Shown in pieces: positions 39,608-39,722 of a stretch of 39,722 bases of DNA. Position numbers and translations under genes: made by a program. The notes under the pieces are model-generated. The model was not told the origin of the DNA and searched no databases. It saw only the letters and a program-made list of their open reading frames with translations. How positions within the stretch are numbered: the first letter of the stretch is position 1; each line of letters starts with the position of its first letter. Source of the stretch: a virus; IMG/VR virus record IMGVR_UViG_3300005805_000191; one strand, written 5' to 3'.

Positions 39608-39722
39608 ATGAAATCAAAGACCACCCGCGGCGGCGCGCGCCCTGGCGCAGGGAGACCGCGCAAAGCGGCGGCGTTGTTCGCCGGCGACGCGCGAGAGTTT
39701 TTGAATCTTGTCATGCGCGGCG
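39608..39722 (+). CDS. terS: terminase small subunit, N-terminal part (continues at 1..185)
   Basis: ATG 39608. The frame stays open to the window end and continues through the 27-nt overlap. Confidence 0.7.
   Translation, partial: MKSKTTRGGARPGAGRPRKAAALFAGDAREFLNLVMRG

Overview
The window looks like one complete, circularly closed assembly of a high-GC tailed phage, unit length about 39,695 bp. The first 27 nt are identical to the last 27 nt, and the small-terminase gene runs across that junction. Rightward (+) late genes: terS/terL, HK97-type portal, prohead protease and major capsid. Next comes an unassignable 3.1-kb four-gene block that includes a 23-aa x ~8 Gly/Ala tandem-repeat protein. 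After it come the connector and head-closure genes, an HK97 gp10-like gene, tail tube, G/GT chaperone with a canonical -1 slippery site, tape measure, and lambda M/L/K-like minor tail genes. A gpI-like domain fused to a J-like tip protein follows, then five unassigned tail-distal genes. A lower-GC lysis cluster follows (four membrane proteins plus a YkuD-like candidate endolysin). Its Rz/Rz1-like spanin pair is displaced about 1.5 kb downstream by a four-gene cassette with its own near-consensus sigma70 promoter. Leftward (-) early operon, 34825 down to 25454: about 24 small, mostly ATGA-coupled genes. They include a compact C5 cytosine methyltransferase, a PD-(D/E)XK exonuclease, SSB, an Ala-heptad repeat protein and a DUF3310-like protein. 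This operon is full of a CCTAAC/GTTAGG junction motif, including two covarying ~100-nt inverted repeats that bracket translation starts. Rightward early/middle genes, 34998 to 39517: a probably leaderless small HTH gene, a noncanonical initiator-tRNA-like element plus intrinsic terminator, and Zn-ribbon proteins. Then come a CHC2-like primase finger protein, a RepA/DnaB-like helicase with a deviant P-loop, a 9-copy AAAGGTAACG iteron array, a Q-like protein and a terminase-associated HNH. I found no integrase, excisionase, CI/S24 repressor, partition system, reverse transcriptase or CRISPR. All family names come from motif recognition by eye, not from database searches.
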